Below are positions 20,401 to 28,229 of a DNA stretch of 64,000 nt, piece after piece (the stretch's first letter is position 1; each line of letters opens with the position of its first letter). The position numbers and the translations under genes are program-made. Origin of the DNA: an uncultured Clostridia bacterium (GTDB taxonomy: Bacteria > Bacillota > Clostridia > JAAYHZ01). The stretch is taken from the NCBI GenBank assembly GCA_937894465.1, contig CALCRE010000047.1:2208-66207 (forward strand). Direction: 5' to 3'. The notes beneath the pieces were generated by a model. That model did not search any database. It saw only the letters and a program-made list of their open reading frames with translations, and had not been told where the DNA came from.

Positions 20401-22131
20401 ATCGATGAAAACTTGAATGTGATCTCTTCCAAAAAGGAACTACAAGGAGCAACATTGATTGTAACACCGGATCAAACTTTAGATTATGATACCGAATACA
20501 CATTGACCATACCCAAAGAAGGGCTAGGTGATGCATACGGCCATTTAATGGAAGGTGATTATATCGTAAGCTTTACAACCGGTTCGTACTATCCTGAAGT
20601 TGTGTTTACTTATCCGGGAGAGGGTATGGAAAATGCAGCAATCGATACTCAAATCCGTTTGAAGTTCAATCAGACCATAAAAGAGGGCTTGCGTTTCTCA
20701 GACATTACCGGTCTTCAATCCGATACCGGAACCATTATTATGACTCCTCAGATACAAGGAGAATACTTGGTCTTGAACTATGATGGAAAGCTTCGTGAAA
20801 GCACGGACTACACAGTCGTGATTCCGGCCGGTGCGGTGCAAAATGATTATGAATTCGCATTGCAAGAAGATTATGTTCTGGTATTCACCACCGGTGTACT
20901 CCTGGATGGAGATGAAGAAGATGCCGATAGCGGAAGTATTGAGTTGAATATCAATCCGAATGAAACCATGGCATGTATGGACATCAACGGTATACAAAGG
21001 TTCATACCTATCATCAGAAACGGTAATCGTGGGGTGATAAAGATAGGAGCCATAACGGCTGATCTATTTAAAGATGACCAAAACACAGAGCTGACTGTCC
21101 CTGCTTTACCGGGGATGAATGCCTATACAGTTGAAATTCCCGCAGAACATTTAAGACAAGGGGAGTCATCCTTAACGATCCGTACTTCAATTGGCAGTAT
21201 TGTTATTCCCGCTGATCTTTTGTCCAATCAAGGCGATGTCAATGGAAAAATTGTGACAATCTCCATTACGTCTGTTGACAAATCCACACTACCGGAAGAT
21301 GTGAGAATAGCTGTTGGAAACAGACCGGTTCTGCAAATTAATGTGGCGATAGACGGAGAAACTATTTCCTGGAACAACCCGAATGCCCCTGTGATGATAT
21401 CTATTCCGTATGTACCAACACAAGAAGAATTGGGTGACCCGGAAAGCATTGTTGTTTGGTACATTGACTCCAATGATCAGATCATAGTGGTTCCTAACGG
21501 AAATTACAATCCTGATGCAAAAGCAGTGACATGTATCACGACTCATTTAAGCATTTTTGCCGTAGCATATGATGATGTAGTGTTTGAAGATGTACCAAAG
21601 GATTCATGGTATGAAAAGGCTGTAAAATATATTGCGGCAAGAGGAATCACCAAAGGTACAGGAGAAGGCTTGTTCAGTCCCTTGAGCAAGCTCACCAGAG
21701 CACAGTTTATCACCATGATCATGAGAGCCTGTAATATACAACCGGATGCCGATCCGAAAGAAAACTTTAGTGATGCGGGAGATACTTGGTATACAGGGTA
21801 TCTAGCGGCGGCAAAGCGACTTGGTATATCTCAAGGGGTGGGAAACAACTTGTTTGCTCCGGGAAAAGATATAACCCGTCAAGAGATGTTTACTTTGTTG
21901 TATAACACTTTAAAAATTACAAAGCAGTTACCAGAGATCCAAGAAGGAAAACCGATTCGAACGTTGTCCGACTTCACAGATGAAGGACAAATCGATCTTT
22001 GGGCAAAGGAAGCCATGACCTTTTTAGTTGAAAGCGGCATCATCAAAGGAAGTGATGGAAAGCTGATACCGAAGGGATCGTCTATAAGAGCGGAAATGGC
22101 ACAAGTGCTGTATAATTTGTTGGCGAAGTAG
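11500..22131 (+). CDS. Giant (3543 aa) secreted, S-layer-anchored multidomain surface protein
   Basis: Signal peptide (MKMLKKITSIILASVMCFTSMS). N-terminal L-type (legume-like) lectin domain (GGFIFTLQP). Nine ~98-aa Ig-like repeats (SWxSxN...DGTVxRP). SbsA/Big_5-like Ig domains and a PKD-like domain (YEWNIDGK). Two CARDB-like domains ending E-x-N-E-x-NN. A C-terminus with three SLH domains (FEDVPKDSWYEKAVKYIAARGITKG, FSDAGDTWYTGYLAAAKRLGISQG, FTDEGQIDLWAKEAMTFLVESGIIKG). Confidence 0.85.
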   Translation: MKMLKKITSIILASVMCFTSMSDQLLGFTVTSTVYAEGSSATVNICYDNFADTTNLQVNGDMIENNILRFVNEGVPESIFTKDAIVLGENLSFSTAFSFKNLSPSEPAPQTKGGFIFTLQPIGNFVTTDDFQHNNISPAISIAFEFEYIDAFIPTAFSPSVKLESSSSTDFLIAQEAPPKLCSINMVTYINGDYANPISRHPLTTYYVTAEIAEYDHVWIGYDGVNKELEILYVDPSGKYTHITEPLDLVLPNEVYAGFMGSFGNAGNTNTINSWYFKDDLSIMDQGIVDADMAFLNLEMEQLEVDSIDNYTFPLCGHFGSTISWTSSNMGVVATDGTVNPPSIGEGNKTVILTAALSKGLQVRTTRPFMITVRVPDVVIVNADFEWLTDFIIKKNNDDLNHVVSNLNLPTLGNFGSVISWESNDTVILNWDGTVNRPAYNEVDKTVTLTAHITMNYYTLDKTFTVTVKAIEPTDEEKLNADASWLNLYMLNEDLSDVTSDLTLPDTGPSGSTISWASNNTTVLNADGTVARPAYTAGNVVVTLTATISKGVETTDLVFTVTVIKQAQTDVEAVSADAALLTDAVILNGNSALNNVMGHLTLPTLGANGSTISWTSNNTTVLNTDGTVTRPAYTAGNVVVTLTATISKGVETTDLVFTVTVIKQAQTDVEAVSADAALLTDAVILNGNSALNNVMGHLTLPTLGANGSTISWTSNNTTVLNTDGTVARPAYAAGNDVVSLTATISKGVETTDIVFTVTVIKQAQTDAEAVSADATLLTDNVILNGNSALNNVTGNLSLPTLGANGSTISWASNNTTVLNADGTVTRPTYTAGNIVVTLTATVSKGTETTDVVFTVTVIKQTQTDAEAVSADATLLTDDVILNGNSALNNVVNNLSLPTLGANGSTISWASDNTTVLNAGGIVTRPAYTAGNVVVTLTATVSKGVETTDVVFTVTVIKHEQTDAEAVSADAALLTDDVILNENSALDNVTGNLILPVLGANGSTISWESNNTTFLSNDGTVIRPSYTAGSKTVVITATIKKGVVTQTKSFGLTIKASDITDEERVSLDYAWLTKYNVLELNPSINSVEWNLSFPVAGPNNSVITWESDMLSVITNDGTVIRPEYGQGHKSVNVTATVTKGIFQRKAHYIYVVLQKPDLEAPMVVSSLPFNNGRALYDTKEITLVFNENIILGPAALSNPNTYGIKLQGTDTVLFRAAIENENKLIVSTTSGLSAGEYKLIIPAGTFVDKAGNQTKAYELIFMVSPKPGKLTVVSSTPKDLEVDVDVNIREILIQFDSTNLVRNTSSIPIFLREKTTKISRSSSFSVTGDTVTLRIPAPLSSGLVYEIVIPGGIVKDSNNNINEEKIIQFRTKYSGAKPVLVKTKPVNGQMNVSLNDVSIELEFSQNIDFLTLTNYITYLVDDQGNKYNFMPYKIGGSSKRWKLTTPHLSHYKQGTTYTLVGPYGTLENPDLLEFNVQFTTASNRMQVVNKSPKSWLGNPLDQKVEIEYNYPVEIGPTYWDVTFKDSKGNPVDFIREEIGKKVTFTPISLLSPSETYTVTIPEGAYKGESGYINDGIQFDFRTVQKFDISINNLIIPDQGFVDKILLFDAAEAGNIARRAGSNVSSYEWNIDGKVIGNQKYVYYTFISPGIHKLTLTIIDDKNIPYVFEKDITVNHLTDIRMTLKDNGYSPRGVFLADQNSKGIVYKLQLTQEGKTVYGEKIDVELYYKGVLQRRYNKITSKFGDDTYLFEFKPEFGAFGNYELVFTYQGVGYKEVIREPVVVSSSQATMTQVFSFRLRDIFAWNSPEYFEEAQNLQVIINGEKMLAYKKWDSQRGYYVYQINKMMLANTYYQMEIPSFKIDRWIKSIYVGKEGSDPTVISGWPLRPGGIQEISVNYDESSVLYPFTEFYFEGVSAKLVFDVEADWKEAEPGYYEIKSMNDRFNIKVRSNGSGVQKIVLDPGLELKPGENLVIRMVSKQGAASGWIYCPYFVVVPQPEILGQKLSISLQSGEYAVNWPNEFTGALGSKISMFDGVPVLDGGNFGIGGGMPTFEGDLEGDWANPEINLSFGASGGYGEKSKKKADTKYKKVKKVTTVGYEFSIEIEGAFTLTYDSQSKEWDMYGFYIMLIGDFIKEWSKGYDMMGVGFSAGVGVGGEVAGGLKVDMATDDTQYSGFIRITPRAFLRVSGDFLVASVNGYLNGWIPVEVHFPTGYIGADIQISAKIHAKALLWSKTIYEKNLLSEHWDNGKPQVVIKSLKNFKMFEDPDTFQLMSRDYINRQSVWAAQDSGLVSVMAVGFNENPDTELMMENMYPDAELMMVENQDELWLVWTDDNAERDDANRTQLRFAVQSNGTWSKPVWIHDDKTADFAPVAASTGNGVLMAWQNIGKHITEEDGLSEMLKNSEISVTQTGYTSTGVAPNIITLTSDDAVDHSPHIAAHGDQALLVWTKSTGLTTVLNAGEDQPGKDDHRLYYSAWNNGVWSTPEAISSVSETVMDAHLVMEGETGLLLYTLDMDQDLYTTEDREVFVRLYERNAWSDAIRLSNNSYHDCAPKAVFVESNWFITWLQEGNILYRYGLDGDIKDEERLQNIQGDYQIAVVPGEKPLVSLVHIKPGEDMTTGAHAFFYDLTLEQWGNSVALSDLENHVKAISLVSTQDGNINVAYTQADIITEANPIVIEGVKQFVETPAIGNQTDMKLLTYTPVHDVALSKEDGILLSTEFPLPEILTSVYVTVQNQGDYAEYVKVRIYDGDPNEQGVLIGETPMQLLPAHTSKELEIPWLVDTEEKATYHLYATIEPQFGVQEINVGNNTIDLAFSTADIAITDLIYENMVADEYVVTVTVTNTGGKTLDGATVNLESDVDGTVLETKSLGVLAPGQRTVVTYMISSEGLPLGTDGKVNLLVRVNPSEGITEDFTENNMRRFSLKPTAITVTGVSPGPKDKNVALTSNITLSFNMNVSEGTGYDRIRLIDENLNVISSKKELQGATLIVTPDQTLDYDTEYTLTIPKEGLGDAYGHLMEGDYIVSFTTGSYYPEVVFTYPGEGMENAAIDTQIRLKFNQTIKEGLRFSDITGLQSDTGTIIMTPQIQGEYLVLNYDGKLRESTDYTVVIPAGAVQNDYEFALQEDYVLVFTTGVLLDGDEEDADSGSIELNINPNETMACMDINGIQRFIPIIRNGNRGVIKIGAITADLFKDDQNTELTVPALPGMNAYTVEIPAEHLRQGESSLTIRTSIGSIVIPADLLSNQGDVNGKIVTISITSVDKSTLPEDVRIAVGNRPVLQINVAIDGETISWNNPNAPVMISIPYVPTQEELGDPESIVVWYIDSNDQIIVVPNGNYNPDAKAVTCITTHLSIFAVAYDDVVFEDVPKDSWYEKAVKYIAARGITKGTGEGLFSPLSKLTRAQFITMIMRACNIQPDADPKENFSDAGDTWYTGYLAAAKRLGISQGVGNNLFAPGKDITRQEMFTLLYNTLKITKQLPEIQEGKPIRTLSDFTDEGQIDLWAKEAMTFLVESGIIKGSDGKLIPKGSSIRAEMAQVLYNLLAK
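13030..14793 (+). repeat. Six tandem 294-bp intragenic repeat units (98-aa Ig-like modules); units 2 and 3 are nearly identical
   Basis: The GG(G/A)AG(T/C)ACCATCAGCTGG anchor recurs at 13030, 13324, 13618, 13912, 14206 and 14500, exactly 294 bp apart. The region 13324-13911 is a near-perfect duplicate. More diverged copies flank it within 12355-14980. Confidence 0.85.
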
Positions 22132-22223
22132 TCGGTACAACGAAATATTTACATAATCCTAATAAAACCGCACTTATATATGATACATTTAAAATATGAG
22201 TGATTTATAAGGAGTATTTGTGT

Positions 22224-23462
22224 ATGAAACTGACGAAAGAAGAGAAGTCATGGATTTTGTATGATTGCGGTAACTCGGCATATTCCATGGCTGTTACTAC
22301 TGCGTTGTTTCCGATTGTTTTCGGTATGTTTGAGAATGTTCGAAGCAGTATGGATTTAGGATATTTTAATTCCATCGCAAGCATTCTCATTGCAGTTCTC
22401 AGCCCTATACTAGGTGCTATAGCAGATTACAAGGACAAGAAAAAACGATTTTTTATGTTCTTTGCAATCTTAGGAATCCTGTGCACGACATTTCTGGCTG
22501 TTGTTCCGCCATCAAGTGGACAGTGGCAGTTGATTATTGTTTTTTATATTTTGTCTGCCATTGGTTTTTCAGGAGCGAATATTTTCTATGACTCCTTTTT
22601 GGTGGACATCACCGCGGACGAAAAAATGGATAAGGTTTCTGCAAGCGGCTTCGCATATGGATACATTGCAAGCATCATACCTTTCGGATTGAGCCTTGTG
22701 TTAATTTATTTATTAGGTATGGATAAGGCAATCGGCTATCAAATAGGGTTTGTTACCACAGCTTTATGGTGGGGGCTTTTGACCATTCCCATGATTAAGA
22801 ATGTAAAGCAAAGGCACTATGTTGAACCGGAGCCTAAACCTGTGATCAACAGCTTTAAAAGACTGAAAAACACCTTTGTGAATATCAAGCAATACAAAAC
22901 TGTATTTGTATTTTTAATTGCATACTTTCTATATATCGACGGTGTGGATACCATTATTAAGATGGTGGTGCCCTATGCAACGGAAGCCTTAGGAGGTACC
23001 GCTCTAGACACATTAACATTGCTGGGTATTTTGTTAATTATACAGATCATCGCTTTTCCTTGTGCCCTTCTATACGGAAATTTGGCAAAAAAATATTCTA
23101 CCCGAACCATGATTATTGTGGGTATTGTTACATACATCATTGCATGTATCGCTGCATATTTCATAACTACTGTTTGGCATATTTTTATATTAGGAGCTAT
23201 GATCGGTTCAGCTCAAGGAGGAATCCAGGCATTAAGCCGATCCTATTATGCAAAAATCATACCAAAGGAGAACTCCAATGAGTTTTTTGGTTTCTTTAAT
23301 ATCTTTGGAAAATTTGCCGCGATTATCGGACCCGGTGTAATGGCTTTAACTACAACATTGACAGGGAACGCAAAGTATAGTATTTTCTCGATTATACCGT
23401 TGTTTGTTTTAGGATTGATTGTATTCCTTGCTTTGCCCAAGGAACAACCTAAAGAGAATTGA
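22224..23462 (+). CDS. MFS transporter, UMF1/Atg22-like family
   Basis: About 12 predicted TM segments and an N-terminal SWILYDCGNSAYS motif typical of the UMF1 family. Start taken at ATG 22224, with AAGGAG 9 nt upstream, rather than ORF-track 22200. Confidence 0.7.
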   Translation: MKLTKEEKSWILYDCGNSAYSMAVTTALFPIVFGMFENVRSSMDLGYFNSIASILIAVLSPILGAIADYKDKKKRFFMFFAILGILCTTFLAVVPPSSGQWQLIIVFYILSAIGFSGANIFYDSFLVDITADEKMDKVSASGFAYGYIASIIPFGLSLVLIYLLGMDKAIGYQIGFVTTALWWGLLTIPMIKNVKQRHYVEPEPKPVINSFKRLKNTFVNIKQYKTVFVFLIAYFLYIDGVDTIIKMVVPYATEALGGTALDTLTLLGILLIIQIIAFPCALLYGNLAKKYSTRTMIIVGIVTYIIACIAAYFITTVWHIFILGAMIGSAQGGIQALSRSYYAKIIPKENSNEFFGFFNIFGKFAAIIGPGVMALTTTLTGNAKYSIFSIIPLFVLGLIVFLALPKEQPKEN

Positions 23463-23479
23463 TTAAGGAGATGTGAAGA

Positions 23480-24763
23480 GTGAATAAAGAAGACCGGGGA
23501 ATGGCTAAGCATCTTGTGGTCATTTCATATGACGCTTTTTCAGGGGACAATTGGGAGTTAGCCAAAAGCCTCCCTAACTTATCCCGCTTAATAAAAGAAG
23601 GAGCTTATAGCACAAAACTTAAGAGTGTTTATCCTTCATTGACTTATGTGGTGCACTCTACCATGGTGACAGGTGTATGGCCGGATAAGCATGGTGTCAC
23701 ACATAACCATCCCCTCCAACCTTTTGTAGAGAATCGAAATCAAATGTGGTATTGGTTTCGAGATGACTTGAAGGTTCCTACCATTTACGATGCAGTAAAG
23801 GAAGCCGGTATGAAAACTGCGGGGATCTTGTGGCCGGTGACGGCCAGATCATCCATCGACTTTAACATGCCTGAAATTGTTGCGATCAATCGAGAGAACC
23901 AGGCAATAAAAATATTGAAAAACGGTAGTCCGTTTTTCTGTATCAGAATGCAATTAAAATATGGACATATCAGAAAAGGTATTGCGCAACCTTTTTTGGA
24001 TGATTTCTCTACGACATGTGCAGTGGATATCATTAAGAGAAAAAAACCCAATCTATTGTTGTTACACCTCATTGATTTGGATGATACAAAGCATCGATAC
24101 GGAACGAATAGCCCCGAAGTACATGAAACAGTGATGCGTATGGATCAAAGGCTAGGACAAATCGTGAATGCTGTTGAAGAAGCCGGGATAGGGGAGGATA
24201 CGGTTTTTATCGTCATTGGAGATCATGGACAAATCAATGTCAACTACAGAGTTCATTTGAATAACTTATTGGAAGAACAAAACCTCATCAATGGAAACAT
24301 GTGGAGGGCATATTTTCAAACCACCGGTGGGGCTGCTTATTTACACATAAAACCGGGGGATCAAGAAGCTGAAAAAACAGCTCTTGCAGTTCTTGAGAAA
24401 GCAATCAAAATGGATGAATACGGGATTGAATCCTTCTTCACAAGAAATGAATTAGATGGGTTGCATGTCGATCAATCCGTAAAGTATATGGTAGAAGCAA
24501 AAGAAGGATACTGCTTTGTAGACAGCTTGTCCGATCGCATGATCGATGATTTGGGTAAGCTGGGTATTTCATATGCAACCCATGGATTTTCGCCGGATAA
24601 GGAGAGCTACAAGTGCAATGTGGTGGTCTCCGGTAAGAAAATCAAGAATGAGTATGAACTAAGCAATATGGAGATGATAGATCTTGCACCTACTATGGCA
24701 AAGATATTGGGAATTCATTTTAACTGCGACGGAAAAAGCTTGGATGAAATATTTGATGTATAA
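23480..24763 (+). CDS. Alkaline-phosphatase-superfamily phosphodiesterase/nucleotide pyrophosphatase (type I phosphodiesterase family)
   Basis: VVISYDAF...SVYPSLTYVVHSTMVTGVWPDKHGVTHN is the core of the NPP/AlkP metal-binding region. GTG start with AAGGAG 9 nt upstream. Confidence 0.65.
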   Translation: MNKEDRGMAKHLVVISYDAFSGDNWELAKSLPNLSRLIKEGAYSTKLKSVYPSLTYVVHSTMVTGVWPDKHGVTHNHPLQPFVENRNQMWYWFRDDLKVPTIYDAVKEAGMKTAGILWPVTARSSIDFNMPEIVAINRENQAIKILKNGSPFFCIRMQLKYGHIRKGIAQPFLDDFSTTCAVDIIKRKKPNLLLLHLIDLDDTKHRYGTNSPEVHETVMRMDQRLGQIVNAVEEAGIGEDTVFIVIGDHGQINVNYRVHLNNLLEEQNLINGNMWRAYFQTTGGAAYLHIKPGDQEAEKTALAVLEKAIKMDEYGIESFFTRNELDGLHVDQSVKYMVEAKEGYCFVDSLSDRMIDDLGKLGISYATHGFSPDKESYKCNVVVSGKKIKNEYELSNMEMIDLAPTMAKILGIHFNCDGKSLDEIFDV

Positions 24764-24804
24764 GACCGTAGTAAAAAGATGAGATTACAAAAGGAGAAGG
24801 TTCA

Positions 24805-25326
24805 TTGTATATAGATACGAAATTAGAAGGTTTTCAGTTGAGATTCGCGAAAGAAAAAGATTGTGCTCTCATTCTGGAGTTTATAAAGGACTTGGCGGAA
24901 TATGAAAAGATGTCCCATGTGGTTGTTGCCACAGAGGAGGACTTGGCGAAATATTTGTTTGAACAAAAAACAGCTGAGGTGATCATCGGAGAATATAACC
25001 GCAAGCCGGTGGCATTTGCGCTATTCTTTCATAATTTTTCTACATTCTTGGGGAAACCGGGGCTTTATCTGGAGGATGTGTATGTAAAGACCGAAATGAG
25101 AGGAAGGGGGATTGGTAGTATCATTCTATCGTATCTTGCCAAACTGGCTAAAGAAAGAAATTGCGGACGAATGGAATGGTCTTGCTTGAATTGGAATGAG
25201 CCCTCTATTGCTTTTTATAAAAAGCTAGGAGCCGTCCCTTTGGACGAATGGACGGTTTATCGATTACAAGATGAGGCTTTGGATGATATGGCTGAGAATT
25301 TTGACCACACTTTGAGTGAGAAATAA
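24805..25326 (+). CDS. GNAT N-acetyltransferase, spermidine/spermine (diamine) N-acetyltransferase-like
   Basis: SSAT-like pattern (LAEYEKM...VAFALFFHNFSTFLGKPGLYLEDVYV...RGRGIGS acetyl-CoA motif). TTG start with AAGGAGAAGG ribosome-binding site. Confidence 0.7.
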   Translation: MYIDTKLEGFQLRFAKEKDCALILEFIKDLAEYEKMSHVVVATEEDLAKYLFEQKTAEVIIGEYNRKPVAFALFFHNFSTFLGKPGLYLEDVYVKTEMRGRGIGSIILSYLAKLAKERNCGRMEWSCLNWNEPSIAFYKKLGAVPLDEWTVYRLQDEALDDMAENFDHTLSEK

Positions 25327-25521
25327 CTATACCTTTATGTGACAAAACTATTTTAATTAAGTAAAAAAGGTGGAAAGTGTCATGAAAGATGCATTTGGTA
25401 AATTGATTTTTATTCGATATGGAAAAATGATGCATGAATGTGCTGCATTCATCGTATATCAACTGCGTTTGGCTGAAGAATCATTAGATCAAATTAAAAA
25501 GATACAATATAAAACGCATAC

Positions 25522-26061
25522 GTGGCAAAAGATATGAAGAAACCTAGAAAGATGTTAAGTGACTGGGATGCTCCCTATATTCAATCACTGGTAAAGTTAA
25601 TTGAAACACAAAGCAAATTAACACTGGCAAATTGGGCAATTGATTATTCTGAACAAGTTATGTTACCCATATGGTATAAACATTACCCGGATGATTTGCG
25701 TCCTCGAAATGCAATGGAAGATGCACGTTTGTGGTTAAAAGGCGTCATCAAACTGCCCCAAGCTAAAAAAACTATATTAGAATGCCATGCTGCAGCACGA
25801 GAAAGTGAAACGACTCCTGCTGCACAAGCTGCCGCAAGAGCGATCGGTCAATCTGCTTCCACCATACATTCGGCAAGACATTGTATCGGTCTTGCGCTGT
25901 ACGGAGCGGTGGCAGTAACATACGACATCCTTGGTGTCAATATAAAGAAGGAACAATTTCAATTATATACTGAAGAGGAATGCTCAAGAATGCTGAAAGC
26001 TTTGCAATCTGTGGCTGTAGAGAACGAGCCCAATCCTGCAAAAATCGATTGGAAGTGTTAA
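25522..26061 (+). CDS. Hypothetical all-alpha protein, Ala-rich (possible immunity-protein-like fold)
   Basis: 179-aa ORF with an AARESETTPAAQAAARAIGQSASTIHSARH helical low-complexity segment. No catalytic motif recognised. The family call is tentative. Confidence 0.45.
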   Translation: MAKDMKKPRKMLSDWDAPYIQSLVKLIETQSKLTLANWAIDYSEQVMLPIWYKHYPDDLRPRNAMEDARLWLKGVIKLPQAKKTILECHAAARESETTPAAQAAARAIGQSASTIHSARHCIGLALYGAVAVTYDILGVNIKKEQFQLYTEEECSRMLKALQSVAVENEPNPAKIDWKC

Positions 26062-26168
26062 CATAAAAACAAAAGAAAATAAAAGGTATCGCACGATATA
26101 TTGATTTAATACGTGCGATATGATATGATGATCGTATGATAATAAAACTAATCGTACGGGGTGATGTT

Positions 26169-26927
26169 ATGAATGATCAAAAGAGGAACAAAATCATTAC
26201 TGCAACGGAATTGAAGCGGAATTTGGGAAAGTACTTGGATTATGTCATTGACAACAATGAGGTAGTGATCTCTAAGAATGGAGAAAAGGCTGTTCGCATG
26301 ACTCCTTATTTGTCGGACTATTCAAGATATGAGTTGATGCAACTCAAAGAACAAGCATTAGATTATCAGTATGGGGGCAAAACAGTATCCTACGAGGAGT
26401 TCATGGAAATCTATGAAAAGAGTGAACTGAGGATGGAGTTTATTGATGGTCAGATCGTCATATTGGATTCCCCTAGTTTTAGGCATCAAGAAATATCCGG
26501 TCGTTTATTCATCATTTTCAGCCAGTTTCTAAAAAGCAAGAAATGCAAAGTTATTTTTGCACCCTTTGATGTTCATTTTTATAAGCCGGAAATCAAGGAT
26601 CCGGATGTTTGTCAGCCGGATTTATTGATTGCTTGTGATACCGATGAAAAAATCAATGAAAAAGGTCGTTATATGGGAACACCTTCGCTAGTGGTAGAAA
26701 TTCTTTCTCCTAGCACATGTTCAAAAGATATGGTAAAAAAGCTAAACACATATATGCTTTCAGGTGTAAAGGAATACTGGGTAATAGATCCGGAGCAAAA
26801 AACAATCATCATTTATGGTTTCAATAATGTGCAAATAGCAGGCTTTTTTATCTACAAAAATGATGAAACGGCAGCATCGAGTGCATTTGAGGGACTTGTA
26901 GCACCCTTGTCAGAAATATTTGGTTAA
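26169..26927 (+). CDS. Fusion protein: N-terminal Phd/YefM-type antitoxin-like domain plus C-terminal Uma2 (DUF820) PD-(D/E)xK endonuclease-like domain
   Basis: N-terminus ITATELKRNLGKYLDYVIDNNEVVISKNGEKAVRMTPY matches the Phd/YefM pattern. The C-terminus has Uma2 hallmarks (ELRMEFIDGQIVILDSP, QPDLLIACD, PSLVVEILSPST, EYWVIDPEQKTIIIY). Start at ATG 26169. Confidence 0.7.
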   Translation: MNDQKRNKIITATELKRNLGKYLDYVIDNNEVVISKNGEKAVRMTPYLSDYSRYELMQLKEQALDYQYGGKTVSYEEFMEIYEKSELRMEFIDGQIVILDSPSFRHQEISGRLFIIFSQFLKSKKCKVIFAPFDVHFYKPEIKDPDVCQPDLLIACDTDEKINEKGRYMGTPSLVVEILSPSTCSKDMVKKLNTYMLSGVKEYWVIDPEQKTIIIYGFNNVQIAGFFIYKNDETAASSAFEGLVAPLSEIFG

Positions 26928-26937
26928 ACATATTTCT

Positions 26938-27480
26938 TTATTTCAATAAATAACAGCTGGTATAGGTAATGGTTTTCGTCCCATAATAGTAGGGTAGATC
27001 GGACAACTCACACACTTTGCTGACCCATAAGCCGTATGCTTCCATGGATGAAATGGATTTGTCCGGAAAACGGCAAGGTTGGTTTGGATAAGAGCATTCT
27101 TCGCATAGGGTACATGTACCGGCACCCATAGGTAATACGTCGGGAAATTGCTCCTTCAATTGATCTACAAGGGTAGCAAAGTTTTGCTTATGTCGTTCAC
27201 CGGTTTCAGATATGGTTTCGTAATCAAAATCATCCTCTAAATTTCCGGTTGTTTGAACCAAAATGCCATATGAATACTTGGATGCTTCTTCTGTAGCATC
27301 TTCAATGCTTCCACATGCAGGAGGACAACGCCAGTTCTTGTTGTAACTTCGGCAAAGGTTCGCATTGCACATATCTCTTACCTCGGGCATAAAAACCAGA
27401 GCTTTCGTGTTAAGCTTGCCGGCATGAGTAAAACCGTAATCTATTGCTTGTTGAATCAATTCTTCCGTATTGTATATCAT
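26938..27480 (-). CDS. Cys-rich predicted metal-binding protein (DUF2284-like)
   Basis: 180 aa with CNANLCRSYNKNWRCPPAC and CTLCEECSYPNQPC cysteine clusters. Confidence 0.55.
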   Translation of the reverse strand: MIYNTEELIQQAIDYGFTHAGKLNTKALVFMPEVRDMCNANLCRSYNKNWRCPPACGSIEDATEEASKYSYGILVQTTGNLEDDFDYETISETGERHKQNFATLVDQLKEQFPDVLPMGAGTCTLCEECSYPNQPCRFPDKSISSMEAYGLWVSKVCELSDLPYYYGTKTITYTSCYLLK

Positions 27481-27740
27481 TTTTTCCTCACCTATATTTT
27501 CTTCATTGATTTTACATAGTAAAATATAAGTTTAGCATGGCACCTACTCTCGGTCAATGAAAGAATCCGTCATTCTTTTCATCATCTTGTGTTTTTTTTA
27601 TGTGTCCTAAGTTTATATAACCCGGCCGGGAGAAGGAAATTATTAAATATGTTAACGGAGGAAAAATAAAGCATAGAAGAAATTTGCTCGTCAACTTGGA
27701 AAGCTTTTTACCGTTTTGTTTATTATAAAGTCCAAAATCG

Positions 27741-28046
27741 GTGGCGTTGTCAGTAGAGGAGAGTGAACAAAAAAGTGTAGACGGTGGACATTCACCATGG
27801 AGGTTGGATCCGGTGTATGTTGCTCAAGCGTTTGTCAGCCTAGAAATTTCTCCGGAAGGAACCGAAGGTGATTATCCGGTCAAATATGAGGAATTAAAAC
27901 TTATCAAAAGTACCGGTACGGATGCCATTGTGGAAGTTACGGCAGAGGTCACACCGGTTAGTAAAGTGTATCTAAAAAGGTTGATCAGGCAAGATAGTAC
28001 AGGAATATGGACAGTGGTCGGGTATGATCCTGCACGTGAAAATTAA
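27741..28046 (+). CDS. Hypothetical small protein (start codon uncertain)
   Basis: 101-codon ORF with no in-frame ATG. It would need a GTG or TTG start and has no convincing ribosome-binding site. Retained only because it fills an otherwise empty gap. Confidence 0.3.
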   Translation: MALSVEESEQKSVDGGHSPWRLDPVYVAQAFVSLEISPEGTEGDYPVKYEELKLIKSTGTDAIVEVTAEVTPVSKVYLKRLIRQDSTGIWTVVGYDPAREN

Positions 28047-28229
28047 AGTTTTTACAAGCTAAATTTTTTCAGTAAAAGTAACAACGAAGCGTGATTGTAA
28101 AAAGATATAAAATTAATGTAAATTATGCTTGGATTGATAAAGGATTTATAAAATTTTTACATTAATATTGTATAATGGAGATGTAAAACAAAATGTTATT
28201 ATAAACAATTTTTAATTTGAGGAGTTTTT

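Noticed and set aside
27481-27740. Hairpin AAGAAT-CCGTC-ATTCTT plus T-tract at about 27568-27590 on the + strand
   Set aside because: No upstream + gene for it to terminate. It lies in the 5' region of a minus-strand gene. It could be regulatory, but there is no supporting context.
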